From an uncultured Actinomycetes bacterium (GTDB lineage Bacteria > Actinomycetota > Actinomycetes > S36-B12 > UBA10799): a DNA stretch of 64,000 nucleotides. The notes under the pieces are model-generated. The model had not been told where the DNA came from, ran no database searches, and worked only from the letters and a program-made list of their open reading frames with translations. The stretch lies in NCBI GenBank assembly GCA_964474045.1, contig CAYYRC010000012.1:4318-68317 (forward strand), given 5' to 3'. Positions 15,169 to 28,415 of the stretch are shown here, one piece after another. The number at the start of each line of letters is the position of its first letter. Position 1 is the first letter of the stretch. The translations under genes and the position numbers were made by a program.

Positions 15169-15262
15169 GACGGGATTGTGACGGATTCCGGATGCAGTAC
15201 GGGTTAGCCGAACGCCGCGTGGCGGCGACAGCGCTCGCGTAGGGCCTTCCGGGGGCCAGGGC

Positions 15263-16881
<1,619 letters not shown>

Positions 16882-16888
<7 letters not shown>

Positions 16889-17499
16889 ACCCGTACCCTT
16901 CGTCCGTCCAGTTCGATCCGTGCGCCGGCGAGGGCGCCCACCACGTCCACCAGCATCGTGCGCTCGACCTCCTTGATGCGCTCGTGCAGCGTCGCCTCAT
17001 CGTCGTCGGCGCGGACCTCCACGCATCGCTGCGCCACGATCGGACCGGTGTCGACGCCTGTGTCGACGACGTGCACCGTCGCACCGGTCACACGCACACC
17101 GTAGGCCAGGGCGTCGCGCACGCCGTGGGCGCCTGGGAAAGCCGGCAGCAGCGCAGGATGGCTGTTGATGAGCCGGGGTGCGAATCGGGCGACGAAAGTC
17201 GCGTCGAGGATGCGCATGAAGCCCGCGCTGAGCACCAGATCCGGCGAGAAGTCTGCAACGGCATCGCCCAGCGCCGCGTTCCACTCCGCGCGGTCGGCGA
17301 AGGCCGCGGGCTCCACGACGACGGCGGGGATCCCGTACTCCGCCGCTCTGACGAGCCCCAACGCGTCCCGGCGGTCAGAGACCACGGCGGCCACCGCCGG
17401 GTAGTCCAGGCCCCCGCCGACCGCGGCTGCCTCGAAGACGGCTGCTGCCGTGCTGCCAGCCCCGGAGAGGAGCACCACCACACGAGGACGCTCGGCCAT
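16882..17499 (-). CDS. purN: Phosphoribosylglycinamide formyltransferase
   Basis: ATG at 17499. Contains [10 protein letters not shown] and [16 protein letters not shown]. The stop overlaps the purH start. Confidence 0.9.
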
Positions 17500-17501
17500 G
17501 T

Positions 17502-18776
17502 TCAGCGGGTCTCGGCGGTCGCCGGTCGGCGACCGATGACTGGCTCGACCATGGTGACGGCCAGGGCCGCCACCAGGAACCAGCCGACCACTGCCCCTCC
17601 CACCAACAGCGGGGCAGGCCCCAGATCCGACAGGCGGCCGCCCAGCGAGCCGCCGCTCAGCCACGCTGCCGCCACTCCCGCGGCACCCGCCAGCAGCGAG
17701 ATGCGGATGCGGTCGACGAGCAATCGCCGCCAGGTCCCGCGCCGGGGCGCGACCCATGCCGCCACGATCCCCGCCAACAGGGGAGCGCCCAGCGCGAGGG
17801 TGTGCCACCACGCGTGGGCGGCGGGAATGGCGGCCAGCTGCGGCACGTCGGGCAGCGGCCCCACCCGAACGGCGAACGGGCTGACGATCGTCCCCACACC
17901 CGCGGCCATACCGGGTCCGAGCAGGAACGACGCCGTCCAGATGGCCGCGGTGGGCAGGTAGATGAAGCTCAGCAGCGCGATCATCACCGAGCCGGAGACG
18001 CCCGGCCTGATGTAGTCGAACATCTCGGCTGCGCGGTCGCCGTCGGCGAACACGGCAACGCCCAGCGCCAACAGCGCCAGCACTCCCAGTGCGACAAGGC
18101 CCCAGAGTGCCGCCCGCAGATCGGCACCCACCCACACCGGCAACCGACGGGCCAGCGACTCCCAGGCCTCGCCGCCACGAGCCACGGCGATGCCGAAGCC
18201 CAGGCCAAACACCGCAGCCGCGCTCAACGGCCCCCAGAGCAACGACACCGCGACCTCAGCCGATGCCGACAGCACCGAAAGCACCATGGCGACGAGGGCA
18301 TAGACCAGCACGCCGGAGATCAGGATCCGTCGCCGCGCGGGGCCGTCCGGAGCACCACCTCGACGCATGGCCGAGCGGCCGGCCGCGTAGGCAAGCGCCA
18401 TCTGGCCTGCGGCGAGCAGCAGCGGTGGCAGCCAGATGACCTCGCCCCCCGCTTCGATCGGCGCCAGGTGCGCCGCGAGCCAGGCGATGCTCGCCATGTC
18501 GAACATCGACTCAAGGCTGGAGTGGTCCGCGGCGAACACCCAGCCGAACATCACCACGACGGTGTAGACGAAGAGCGAGCCCAGAGCGGCGGCCAGGGCC
18601 GTGACGGCGCCGTTGACCGCCGGCGGCGCGAGGACCTCGGAGTGGTGGCGGTGACGCCGCTGGCGCGAGTGGCCGGACACGTCCCCGCTGCGCAGGTCGA
18701 TCGAACGGCGCCCCTCGCGGTTGGCGCGCGACTCCCGACGACCGGCGGGGCGGGTGGCGGCGGAACGCGACGACAT
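17502..18776 (-). CDS. DUF6350 / PerM-like polytopic membrane protein
   Basis: Multi-TM protein between sucD and purN, the same position as mycobacterial PerM (Rv0955). I prefer the ATG at 18776 because the longer track start (18821) lies inside a strong stem-loop. Confidence 0.6.
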   Translation of the reverse strand: MSSRSAATRPAGRRESRANREGRRSIDLRSGDVSGHSRQRRHRHHSEVLAPPAVNGAVTALAAALGSLFVYTVVVMFGWVFAADHSSLESMFDMASIAWLAAHLAPIEAGGEVIWLPPLLLAAGQMALAYAAGRSAMRRGGAPDGPARRRILISGVLVYALVAMVLSVLSASAEVAVSLLWGPLSAAAVFGLGFGIAVARGGEAWESLARRLPVWVGADLRAALWGLVALGVLALLALGVAVFADGDRAAEMFDYIRPGVSGSVMIALLSFIYLPTAAIWTASFLLGPGMAAGVGTIVSPFAVRVGPLPDVPQLAAIPAAHAWWHTLALGAPLLAGIVAAWVAPRRGTWRRLLVDRIRISLLAGAAGVAAAWLSGGSLGGRLSDLGPAPLLVGGAVVGWFLVAALAVTMVEPVIGRRPATAETR

Positions 18777-18797
18777 GCCCTGATTGTGGCCGTCACG

Positions 18798-18838
18798 CCG
18801 ACGGGCGGGGCTGCGCGACACGCAGCCCCGCCCGTCGG
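18798..18838 (-). terminator. Perfect 18-bp GC stem, 5-nt loop, between sucD and the perM-like gene (no U-tract)
   Basis: ccgacgggcggggctgcg / cgaca / cgcagccccgcccgtcgg, read directly. Confidence 0.45.
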
Positions 18839-18867
18839 GGTTGATCAGACCTTGGCGGCCGAGCCGT

Positions 18868-19746
<879 letters not shown>

Positions 19747-19747
19747 G

Positions 19748-20926
19748 TCAGGCTCCTTGTGCCGCGAGTTGGGCGACCCGCCGGGCCGCGTCGTCCATGG
19801 TGTCCACCATCTCGATCAGATCGTGCTCGGCCTCCATGAGGATCGTGCGCCCGACCTCGGCGTTGTTGCCGTCGAGGCGCACGACCAGGGGCTTGTCCGG
19901 CGTCTCGCCCCGGTCGGCGAGCAGCCCGAAGGCCTGGATGATGCCGGCGGCCACCGAGTCGCACGAGGTGATGCCGCCGAAGACGTTGACGAACACCGAC
20001 TTGACGGCCGGGTCGCCCAGGATGATCTCCAGGCCGTCGGCCATGACCTCGGCCGAGGCGCCGCCGCCGATGTCCAGGAAGTTCGCCGGCTTCACGCCGC
20101 CGAACTCCTCGCCTGCGTAGGCCACGACGTCCAGCGTGCTCATCACCAGGCCGGCGCCGTTGCCGATGATCCCGACCTCGCCGTCGAGCTTGACGTAGTT
20201 CAGCCCCTTGGCCTTTGCCTTGACCTCCAGCGGGTCGGTGGAGGCCTCGTCTGCGAGCTCGGCGTGGGCGGGGTGCCGGAAGTCCGCGTTCCCGTCCAGC
20301 GTGACCTTGCCGTCGAGCGCCAGAACCTCACCGGTTGGGGTCTTGACCAGCGGGTTCACCTCGACCAGCGTCGCGTCCTCCTCGACGAACACGTCCCACA
20401 GCTGCACCAGCAGCGCGGCGACGTCGTCGGCCACGTCGGCCGGGAAGTTGGCCTCGGCGACGATCTCGTCAGCCTTGGCCCGGTCGACGCCGGTCAGCGG
20501 GTCGATGGCCACCTTGGCAAGCGCCTCCGGCTTGGTGGCGGCGACCTCCTCGATGTCCATGCCGCCCTCGACGCTGGCCATCGCCAGGAAGTTGCGGTTG
20601 GCGCGGTCGACCAGGAAGGACACGTAGTACTCCTCGGCGATATCGCTCGCCGGGACGATGAGCACCTGCCGGACGATGTGGCCCTTGATGTCCAGGCCCA
20701 GGATCTGCTCGGCCTTTGCCTCGGCGTCGGCCGGGTCGCTGGCGAGCTTGACGCCGCCGGCCTTGCCGCGGCCGCCAGTCTTGACCTGAGCCTTCACCAC
20801 GACCGTGCCGCCGAAGTCCGCCGCTGCGTCCTTGGCGGCCGCCGGGTCGGTGACCACCACCCCGACCTGGGTCGCGACGTCGTGCGCCGCGAACATCTCC
20901 TTGGCCTGGTACTCGTACAGATCCAC
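19748..20926 (-). CDS. sucC: Succinate--CoA ligase subunit beta
   Basis: 392 aa. [13 protein letters not shown]-terminus, ATP-grasp region, GGIT.C. Confidence 0.95.
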   Translation of the reverse strand: MDLYEYQAKEMFAAHDVATQVGVVVTDPAAAKDAAADFGGTVVVKAQVKTGGRGKAGGVKLASDPADAEAKAEQILGLDIKGHIVRQVLIVPASDIAEEYYVSFLVDRANRNFLAMASVEGGMDIEEVAATKPEALAKVAIDPLTGVDRAKADEIVAEANFPADVADDVAALLVQLWDVFVEEDATLVEVNPLVKTPTGEVLALDGKVTLDGNADFRHPAHAELADEASTDPLEVKAKAKGLNYVKLDGEVGIIGNGAGLVMSTLDVVAYAGEEFGGVKPANFLDIGGGASAEVMADGLEIILGDPAVKSVFVNVFGGITSCDSVAAGIIQAFGLLADRGETPDKPLVVRLDGNNAEVGRTILMEAEHDLIEMVDTMDDAARRVAQLAAQGA

Positions 20927-21103
20927 GGAATCTCCCTGTTCACTCCTCGACGCCCGAACGACCGGCGCATCGGCTCCGCGGGCGGGCGAGGAGATGTCCG
21001 CCGCATGGTGCCGGGCGATAACCGCCGCACCCTGGCTGAACCTTATCGGCGGAGCTCTCCACCCCCATGCGGGGGATGGACAAGGTGGCGCCCGGTGTTA
21101 CTG

Positions 21104-21514
21104 CTAGGCCGCAGCTCCGGGCACCAGCGTGGTGTTCACCCAGTCGACGATGTCCTGCGTCCTGGTACCGGGGGTGAAGACGCGGGACACGCCCATCTCG
21201 GTCAGGAGCGGGATGTCGTCGTCGGGGATGATCCCGCCGCCGAAGACGATGATGTCGCTGGCGCCGCGCTCGCCGAGCAGGTCGATGACGCGCTTGAACA
21301 GCGTCATGTGCGCGCCGGACAGGACCGAGAGCCCGACCGCGTCCGCATCCTCCTGGATGGCGGTCTCGACGATCATCTCCGGCGTCTGGTGCAAGCCGGT
21401 GTAGATGACCTCGATACCGGCGTCTCGCAGCGCCCGCGCGACCACCTTGGCACCCCGGTCATGTCCGTCGAGCCCCGGCTTGGCCACCACCACGCGGACG
21501 GGGGAATCGGCCAT
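21104..21514 (-). CDS. Cobalamin-binding small subunit of a split acyl-CoA mutase
   Basis: ATG at 21514 with GGAGG 7 nt upstream. [19 protein letters not shown] is the DxHxxG B12 lower-ligand motif. Contains SVLSGAH and GGGIIP. 136 aa. Confidence 0.9.
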   Translation of the reverse strand: MADSPVRVVVAKPGLDGHDRGAKVVARALRDAGIEVIYTGLHQTPEMIVETAIQEDADAVGLSVLSGAHMTLFKRVIDLLGERGASDIIVFGGGIIPDDDIPLLTEMGVSRVFTPGTRTQDIVDWVNTTLVPGAAA

Positions 21515-21680
21515 GGCGCACCTCCAGGTCGGCCGCCGGCAGCGGCGGAGCATCAACGACGCCCTCAGGATACCGACCTCGCCCCCGGGATCGGACGCCC
21601 GACCGCAGGCAGCGAGGATTCGGCCCGGAAACGCCGTGCTGCTCAGGAGTTGGACGCCGTTGTGGGCTAGTTTGGCCTTC

Positions 21681-22697
21681 GTGTCTGATGATGGTTACGC
21701 CGAGCTGGGCGATGAGGCCATGGGCGACGGCGTCGCCGAGGGCGCGCTGGCGCGCATGCTGTCCGGAGTGGGCTCGATGCGAGCCGCCGCCGGCAACGCG
21801 CGCCGCTCGCTGCTGACTCCCGCGGGTATCCGGGGCGCGGCTATCGAGGGCGCCTGGCTGAGCACACATGTGCTGCTCTATCCCCTCGGCCTCGTGGAGG
21901 AGCGCGCCATCGAGGCGCAGGAGCGGCACACCCTGGAGGGCCTGCCGCCCGTGCAGCGCGGGCTCCTCATCGGCGACGTCGAGGCCGCGGGGACGCCGAT
22001 TATCCTGGTCCACGGGGTGGTGGACAACCACACGATCTTCTCGCTGCTGCGCCGCAGCCTCATGCGCCGGGGCTTCGGCCGCACGATCTCGCTGAACTAC
22101 TCGCCGCTGACCGACGACATCCGGCGCGTCGCCAAGAGACTCAACCGCACCATCGAGGCGGTGTGCCGCGAGACCGGGTACGAGCGCGTGCACGTCATCG
22201 GACACTCGATGGGCGGCCTCATCGCGCGCTACTACGTGCAGCGCCTGGGAGGCGATGCCCGCGTGCACACGCTGGTGACGCTCGGCACGCCGCATGAGGG
22301 CAGCGCCTACGCCAAGCTCGTCCCGCACAACGTGGCCCGCCAGCTCCGCCCCAACAGCGACATCGTGCAGGAGTTGCGGGAGCCTGCCCCGGGCTGCCGC
22401 ACCCGCATCGTGGCCGTGTGGTCCGACCTCGACCAGATGATCGTGCCCAAGCGCAGCGCGCGGATCGTGCACGACGACCTCAACGCCCGCAACGTCTTCG
22501 TGCGCGGAGTGGGCCACATGTCGCTGCCGCTCGACGGCCGCGTGGTGCACGAGATCGTCACCACGCTGGCCCACCTGGACTCCGACGGCACCACACTGGC
22601 GCCCGGCGCGACCTCGATCGCGTCCTCGACGGCCAAGCGCAACCCGCAGCCCAAGCCGGCACCCCGCACCTCGCCCCGCTCCGCCGCCGGGCGCTGA
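21681..22697 (+). CDS. Esterase/lipase-family alpha/beta hydrolase (PGAP1/lipase class 2-like)
   Basis: GHSMGG nucleophile elbow, LVHGVVDN and GTPHEGS. The start is uncertain (GTG 21681 or ATG 21720). The upstream part of the track ORF overlaps the divergent B12-subunit gene. Confidence 0.7.
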   Translation: MSDDGYAELGDEAMGDGVAEGALARMLSGVGSMRAAAGNARRSLLTPAGIRGAAIEGAWLSTHVLLYPLGLVEERAIEAQERHTLEGLPPVQRGLLIGDVEAAGTPIILVHGVVDNHTIFSLLRRSLMRRGFGRTISLNYSPLTDDIRRVAKRLNRTIEAVCRETGYERVHVIGHSMGGLIARYYVQRLGGDARVHTLVTLGTPHEGSAYAKLVPHNVARQLRPNSDIVQELREPAPGCRTRIVAVWSDLDQMIVPKRSARIVHDDLNARNVFVRGVGHMSLPLDGRVVHEIVTTLAHLDSDGTTLAPGATSIASSTAKRNPQPKPAPRTSPRSAAGR

Positions 22698-22704
22698 CCC
22701 TGCC

Positions 22705-24951
22705 TCAGACCTTGGCAACGGGGGCGTAGCGCAGCAGCAACCGCTTGGTCCCCTCGACGTCGAAGTCGATGCTGGCCTCGGCGCGATCGCCCTGCCCGCT
22801 GGCCGTGACCACCGTTCCCAACCCGAACTTCGGGTGGCTCACGCGGTCGCCGGGCGTGAGCGACACGACCTCGACGGCGGCCCCTCCCCGACCCGCCGGG
22901 CGCGCTCCCGATCGCCAGGGAGCGGTGCGCGGGGCGGTGCCCGCTCCCCCCGACCCCTCCTCGCCACGCAGGTCGAGCACCTCCGGCGGGATTTCGGCCA
23001 GGAAGCGGCTGGGCGGGTTGGACATGGGCGCACCCCAGGACGAGCGCATGCGCGCCCGAGTCAGGTAGAGCCGCTCCCGCGCCCGGGTGATGCCCACATA
23101 GGCCAGCCTCCGCTCCTCCTCCAGCTCGCGCGGGTCGGCCAGCGACCGCGAGTGCGGGAAGACGGCATCCTCCATCCCCGCCAGGAAGACCACCGGGAAC
23201 TCCAGCCCCTTCGCCGTGTGCAGGGTCATGAGGGTGACCACGCCGCCCTCAGCATCGGGCACGTCGTCGGAGTCCGACACCAATGCCACCCGTTCCAGGA
23301 AGTCGTCCAGCCGCACGCCCGGGTCGCCAGCTTGCGCAGCCAACTCCCCAGTTGCGGCCTCCGCGTCAGCATCGAACTCGAACCCGACCGACTCGAGCTC
23401 GGCCAGGTTCTCGGCCCGGGTCCCGTCCTGCGGGTCGTCGGAGTGCTGGAACTCGGCCAGCATCCCTGTCAGGTCGAGCACAGCGCGGACGACCGCCCCG
23501 ACGCCTTCGCCGCCCTCGTTCACCGCTCGTAGATCCGCCAGCACATCCGTGAACGCCCGCACCGCCTTCAGCGCGCGGCCGCTCAGCCCCGGCACCTCCT
23601 CGGCCCGCTCCAGCGCGGCGCCGAAACTGATCCGCTCCCGCTGCGCGAAGGAGTCGACCTGCTCCTCGGTGCGGTCGCCGATACCGCGCCGGGGAGTGTT
23701 GAGGATGCGCCGTATCGAGACGTCGTCGGCCGGGTTGACCAGCACCTTCAGGTAGGCCAGAGCGTCCTTGATCTCTTTCCGCTCGTAGAAGCGGGTGCCA
23801 CCCACGACCTTGTAGGGCAGCCCGACGCGGATGAGCACCTCCTCCACGGCTCGGGACTGGGCGTTGGTGCGGTAGAACACCGCAACGTCGCTGGCGGCCA
23901 CGCCATGGTCGTCGGACAGCCGGTCGATCTCGCCGGCGATGAACGCCGCCTCGGCTCGCTCGTCGTCCGCCACGTAGGACACCAGTCTCGCGCCGTCGCC
24001 GGCCGCGGTCCAGAGCTTCTTCGGCCGGCGCGACTCGTTGCGGGTGATGACGGCGTTGGCGGCCGTCAGGATGTTGCCCGTGGAGCGGTAGTTCTGCTCG
24101 AGCATGATGACTTCGGCGTTCGGGAAATCGCCCTCGAACTGCTCGATGTTGCGCAGGGTGGCACCCCGGAAGGCGTAGATCGACTGGTCCGAGTCGCCCA
24201 CGACGCACAGCGAGCCCGGTTGCACGCCGTCGGAGCCGTCGCCCACCAGTTCGCGCACCAGCACGTACTGGGCATGGTTGGTGTCCTGGTACTCATCCAC
24301 CAGGATGTGGCGGAAGCGTCGGTGATAGTGCTCGGCCACATCCGGGAACATCTGCAGCAGGGCCACTGTGTGGTTGATGATGTCGTCGAAGTCCACCGCA
24401 CCGGCTCGCAGCAGCCGCCCCTGGTAGTCGGCGTACACCTCGGCCAGCTCCAGCTCCGGCTTGGCCTGCGCCTGAGTGCGGAAGGTCTCGTAGTCGATCA
24501 GCTCGTTCTTGAGGTTCGAGATCCGAGCGGCCATCGCGCGCGGTGTGGTGCGCTTGGTGTCGATGCCGGCGTCGCGCATGACGAGCCCCAACAGCCGCTG
24601 GGAGTCGGCACTGTCGTAGATGGTGAACCCGGACGGCAGGCCCAGGTGCGCCGCCTGCGCGCGCAGGATGCGCACGCAGGCTGAGTGGAAGGTGCTCACG
24701 GTCATCGCCCGCGCGCGGGGGCCCACCAGTTCTGCGACCCGCTCGCGCATCTCGGCGGCGGCCTTGTTGGTGAAGGTGATCGCCAGGATCTCGCCGGGGC
24801 TGGCGCGACGGGTGGCGAGCAGGTGGGCGATCCGGCGGGTGAGGACCCTGGTCTTGCCGGAGCCCGCGCCGGCGACGATCAACAGGGCCGGCGCCTCGCT
24901 CGTCACCGCGAGGAGTTGTTGGGGGTTGAGGTCGTCGAGTTGCTCGGGCAT
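22705..24951 (-). CDS. pcrA: ATP-dependent DNA helicase PcrA/UvrD (SF1)
   Basis: 748 aa. Walker A AGAGSGKT, ILVDEYQDTN, VGDSDQSIYAFRGA, NYRST, LMTLHTAKGLEF and YVGITRAR. Confidence 0.9.
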   Translation of the reverse strand: MPEQLDDLNPQQLLAVTSEAPALLIVAGAGSGKTRVLTRRIAHLLATRRASPGEILAITFTNKAAAEMRERVAELVGPRARAMTVSTFHSACVRILRAQAAHLGLPSGFTIYDSADSQRLLGLVMRDAGIDTKRTTPRAMAARISNLKNELIDYETFRTQAQAKPELELAEVYADYQGRLLRAGAVDFDDIINHTVALLQMFPDVAEHYHRRFRHILVDEYQDTNHAQYVLVRELVGDGSDGVQPGSLCVVGDSDQSIYAFRGATLRNIEQFEGDFPNAEVIMLEQNYRSTGNILTAANAVITRNESRRPKKLWTAAGDGARLVSYVADDERAEAAFIAGEIDRLSDDHGVAASDVAVFYRTNAQSRAVEEVLIRVGLPYKVVGGTRFYERKEIKDALAYLKVLVNPADDVSIRRILNTPRRGIGDRTEEQVDSFAQRERISFGAALERAEEVPGLSGRALKAVRAFTDVLADLRAVNEGGEGVGAVVRAVLDLTGMLAEFQHSDDPQDGTRAENLAELESVGFEFDADAEAATGELAAQAGDPGVRLDDFLERVALVSDSDDVPDAEGGVVTLMTLHTAKGLEFPVVFLAGMEDAVFPHSRSLADPRELEEERRLAYVGITRARERLYLTRARMRSSWGAPMSNPPSRFLAEIPPEVLDLRGEEGSGGAGTAPRTAPWRSGARPAGRGGAAVEVVSLTPGDRVSHPKFGLGTVVTASGQGDRAEASIDFDVEGTKRLLLRYAPVAKV

Positions 24952-24976
24952 ACGGTCTTCGACGCGGTCGCCGGCG

Positions 24977-25336
24977 TCAGTTCCAGAAGACTGCGATGAC
25001 CACGTTCAGGATCGCCAGACCGCCGATGGCGCCCCAGATGCCGGTGCTGATGCTCGGCTTCTTGCGGTTGGCGAGGATCAGACCCAGGATCACGAGCAGG
25101 ATCACGAGCTTGACGGCGATCTTGGCGTTGTCCGGGTACTCGTCGGCGTTGCCGTCGGCCAGCGGGTAGGCCAGGCCGACCAGCGCGATCCCGGTGACCA
25201 ACTGGGTCAGGGCACCGTGGAACATGGCGTTGTTCACGACCTTGTCGGTGTCCTTGATCTGCACCAGGAAGCCGCCGATGAGCGAGGCCAGGCCGAGGAA
25301 GTGCAGGACGACGAGGACGTGCTCCAGGAACTCCAT
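24977..25336 (-). CDS. Small hypothetical membrane protein (4 TM)
   Basis: ATG at 25336 gives 119 aa, strongly hydrophobic (LVVLHFLGLASLIGGFLV, VKLVILLVILGLIL). The rest of track ORF 24977..26116 is antisense to the next gene. Confidence 0.55.
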   Translation of the reverse strand: MEFLEHVLVVLHFLGLASLIGGFLVQIKDTDKVVNNAMFHGALTQLVTGIALVGLAYPLADGNADEYPDNAKIAVKLVILLVILGLILANRKKPSISTGIWGAIGGLAILNVVIAVFWN

Positions 25337-25450
25337 GGCAGGAACTCTAATGCGGAGCCCGATGCCGGCAAGGGGTCGGCTTGCCGCCGGCGCCCGTGGG
25401 CGGCGACACTGGCCGGGAGGCCGCAGTGACACCACGGGCGAGGAGCGAGC

Positions 25451-26596
25451 ATGAGAACCGCCTGGCGCGTCGCTGCCGCCCTGGTGGCGGGCCTGCTCAT
25501 CGCGGCTGCGGCCTTCGTCGGCTGGCAGTCGTGGCAGACCGCGCGGCAGGTTGCGGCCTTCGCCCGCGCCCACAAAGCCTACGAATTCCCTCCCTACCTG
25601 CAGATCCTGGGCGCCACTCAGGACACGGTGACCTACCGTGACACCGACGGCGGTGCACCGCTGCCCGACTACATGGCCCTGCACACATCGGTCGGCGGGT
25701 GGGCCGAGACCACGTCCCCCGTCGGCGCCTATCCGGTTCAACGCACCATCGAGCGACAGGCGGCGCCGCCGAGCCTTGCGGCCGGTCAGGAGGCCTGGGG
25801 CGATGTCACCTACTTCTACGCCGACCCCCGGCAGGGTCTGGGCCTGCCCTACACCGACGTCGACTACGGCGCCGCCGAGGCATGGCTGGTCCCGGGCCAG
25901 CAGGGCAACCCGACCTGGATGATCTTCGTCCACGGGCTGGGCGGCGTGCGCGCGGAGGGCCTGCGCGCATTGTCGGTGGCCAACGCGCAAGGCTGTACCT
26001 CGCTGCTCATCAGCTATCAGAACGACCAGGGCAGTGACGCGGGCAACGGCTACGTCCAGTTCGGCGCCGACGAATGGCACGACCTCGAGCAGGCCGTGCG
26101 CTACGCGCTCGGCCATGGCGCCCAGAACGTCGTCCTAGTGGGCAACTCCCACGGTGGCGCGGTGACTCTTGGCTTTCTGGTCAACTCCCGCCTCGTCGAC
26201 AAGGTTTCCAGCGCCTTCCTGGACGATCCCGTCACCGACTTCGACGCCCTGCTGGCGCAGACGACCCTTCGCAACCGGCCGTCGTGGGCGCGCATGCTGG
26301 CGCGGCCGATCACGACCGCCACCATCGGCCTGGACTGGTCGGCCATCGACTACAACGCGCGCGCCGCCGAGGTCACGACGCCGACAACCATCGTCGTGGG
26401 AGGCCAGGACCTGATCGTGCCGCCCGCGATCACTGCGGACTTCGCGGCTGCGGCCAACCGGGCCCATCCCGGCCTGGTCGATCTGCAGTTCTTCCCGAAC
26501 GCCCCCCACACGGGTGAGTGGAATGCGGATCGCCCCCGGTTCGAGACGCTGCTCTCCGCGCGCTTGCAGGCCGCAATAGCTGGGGCGGGCAGCTGA
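25451..26596 (+). CDS. Membrane-anchored alpha/beta hydrolase
   Basis: 381 aa. N-terminal TM segment (VAAALVAGLLIAAAAFVGW), VHGLGG oxyanion region and GNSHGG nucleophile elbow. Confidence 0.7.
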   Translation: MRTAWRVAAALVAGLLIAAAAFVGWQSWQTARQVAAFARAHKAYEFPPYLQILGATQDTVTYRDTDGGAPLPDYMALHTSVGGWAETTSPVGAYPVQRTIERQAAPPSLAAGQEAWGDVTYFYADPRQGLGLPYTDVDYGAAEAWLVPGQQGNPTWMIFVHGLGGVRAEGLRALSVANAQGCTSLLISYQNDQGSDAGNGYVQFGADEWHDLEQAVRYALGHGAQNVVLVGNSHGGAVTLGFLVNSRLVDKVSSAFLDDPVTDFDALLAQTTLRNRPSWARMLARPITTATIGLDWSAIDYNARAAEVTTPTTIVVGGQDLIVPPAITADFAAAANRAHPGLVDLQFFPNAPHTGEWNADRPRFETLLSARLQAAIAGAGS

Positions 26597-26615
26597 ACAA
26601 ACATCGCATAGGGTC

Positions 26616-28370
26616 ATGACGGAACGTATTATCACTGCGATGGACGACTACGGAAAGCAATTGAGCGACGTCGCCGCTGCGCACCCGGAACCGGAGGACG
26701 ACGAACACGAGCTAGCCGAACTCCGGCAACGCTGGGCATCGATTGCGCAAGTCACGAGGGAGGCACTCTTCACCGCGCGCGCCGATGGGACTCTGCAGTG
26801 GGCCTCGGAGGAGGCCATCCGCTTGATGGGACTGCGCCGGCACGATGCCAGGGGCATACGGCTGTCGGACCTGGTCGATCAGGCGGATCGTGCTCGGGTC
26901 ACCGCTGGCATCCAGGCCGCCATCGGAGGCAGGGCTGCGGAGTGCCGAGTCCGCTGGCGCAACGTGCCCGGCAACCCTTGGGTCAGCCTGCGCTTCGGCC
27001 CGGCCGTCATCGGCGACACCCGGACATCCGTGGGGGGCACGATCACCGACATCGACGCGGAGGTCGTGGCGCACGAGGCCTTCCTCCACGAGCGCCGAGA
27101 GCTCGAGGACCTGCTCCACCGGACGGTGGAGCCGCATATGCGACTGGAGGCCGTTCGGGGCGACGACGGCACCATCATCGACTTCATCGTGGTGGCGGCA
27201 AACGAGGCCGCCCGCCGTCATGTGGGGCTGCAGGTCGGGGATCGGGTGGGGACTGAGCTCGACGCGATGATGGCCGAGGGCGAGCACGAGGCCTCGTCGC
27301 TGTCGCGCCTCAGCAGCGTGGTCGAGTCCGGTGGCGAGCAACTGCTGCTGCGCGACCTCGGCGAGGGCGACGTCGACGCCGAAGATGCCCACCGGTTCGA
27401 CCTGCGGGCCGTCAAGGTGTCCGACGGGGTGCTCCTGTCCTGGCGCGACGTCACCCAGCGGCACCGCCTGGCCGCCGCACTCTCGGCCAGCGAACAAGAC
27501 TTCCGCCTCCTGGCCGAGTCGATCGGCGACGTGGTCCGAATCCTCGACGTCGACGGCGTCCAGCGGTGGGTATCGCCGTCGGTGACGGACCTGCTGGGCT
27601 ACTCCCCCGAGGAGTTGGTCGGCACATACGCGCAGGCGATCATGCACCCCGACGACATCGCCGAGGCCGTCGAAAGCGGCATCCGCGTCGGCTTGGCGCA
27701 GGGAACCGTGACGCCGCCGAGGCGAACCCGCCTGCGGCACGCAAACGGGCACTGGGTGTGGACCGAGACGACAAATTCTTTCGCTTTCGATGACGACGGT
27801 CGGGTCATCCAGCTCTATGCGGTGACCAGGGATGCCGAGGCGGCGGTTCAGGCGGAGGCCGAGTTGCAGCGCCTGGCGCGCACCGACCCGCTCACCGGAC
27901 TGCTGAACAGATCGAGCATGATCGACCGACTCAACAGACTTGCAGCGGACCACCCCGCTCAGACTGTGGGAACCGCAGTGCTGTTCTGCGATCTCGACGA
28001 TCTCAAGACCATCAACGACACTCTGGGGCATGCTGCAGGAGATGCCGTGATCGTCACGGCGACCCAGCGCATCTCCGACCTGTTGGCCCACACTGCATTG
28101 CTCGCCCGATTCGGTGGCGACGAACTCCTCATCGCGATCCCCGATGCCGGCGGGTCGGGGGCCGCGATGGACATCGCCGAGAGCCTGCGGGCAGCCCTTG
28201 CCCAGCCCACGCCGATTCCCACGATACCGACTGAGGTGGCGGGCGGAGTCAGCATCGGGGTCGCCCTCTGGCGCCTTGGGGAGAGCGTCGATCAAGTCAT
28301 CAGCCGAGCCGATCAGGCCATGTACGAGGCCAAGACGACGGGGCGAAACAGAGTCATCCTGGCAAGCTGA
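26616..28370 (+). CDS. PAS-domain sensor diguanylate cyclase (GGDEF variant GGDEL)
   Basis: 584 aa with repeated PAS-like segments. C-terminal region reads DPLTGLLNRSSM...FCDLDDLKTINDTLGHAAGD...RFGGDELLI. Confidence 0.85.
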   Translation: MTERIITAMDDYGKQLSDVAAAHPEPEDDEHELAELRQRWASIAQVTREALFTARADGTLQWASEEAIRLMGLRRHDARGIRLSDLVDQADRARVTAGIQAAIGGRAAECRVRWRNVPGNPWVSLRFGPAVIGDTRTSVGGTITDIDAEVVAHEAFLHERRELEDLLHRTVEPHMRLEAVRGDDGTIIDFIVVAANEAARRHVGLQVGDRVGTELDAMMAEGEHEASSLSRLSSVVESGGEQLLLRDLGEGDVDAEDAHRFDLRAVKVSDGVLLSWRDVTQRHRLAAALSASEQDFRLLAESIGDVVRILDVDGVQRWVSPSVTDLLGYSPEELVGTYAQAIMHPDDIAEAVESGIRVGLAQGTVTPPRRTRLRHANGHWVWTETTNSFAFDDDGRVIQLYAVTRDAEAAVQAEAELQRLARTDPLTGLLNRSSMIDRLNRLAADHPAQTVGTAVLFCDLDDLKTINDTLGHAAGDAVIVTATQRISDLLAHTALLARFGGDELLIAIPDAGGSGAAMDIAESLRAALAQPTPIPTIPTEVAGGVSIGVALWRLGESVDQVISRADQAMYEAKTTGRNRVILAS

Positions 28371-28415
28371 CCTCGGCGGACGGGCCCTCGCGGCCTGCGC
28401 CTGCTCCCACGGGGG

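Noticed and set aside
15169-15262. Possible ZTP (pfl) riboswitch near purH/folD-linked genes
   Set aside because: No CCGCCTGGGC-type pseudoknot element or GGGTCGTGAC-like 5' domain is present. Also, purH is fed by an overlapping purN rather than a leader.
21515-21680. Possible cobalamin riboswitch upstream of the B12-binding subunit gene
   Set aside because: I could not find a B12-box-like core (GCCACTG context) or the expected conserved stems on either strand. The region is more likely a plain divergent promoter. A covariance-model scan would settle it.
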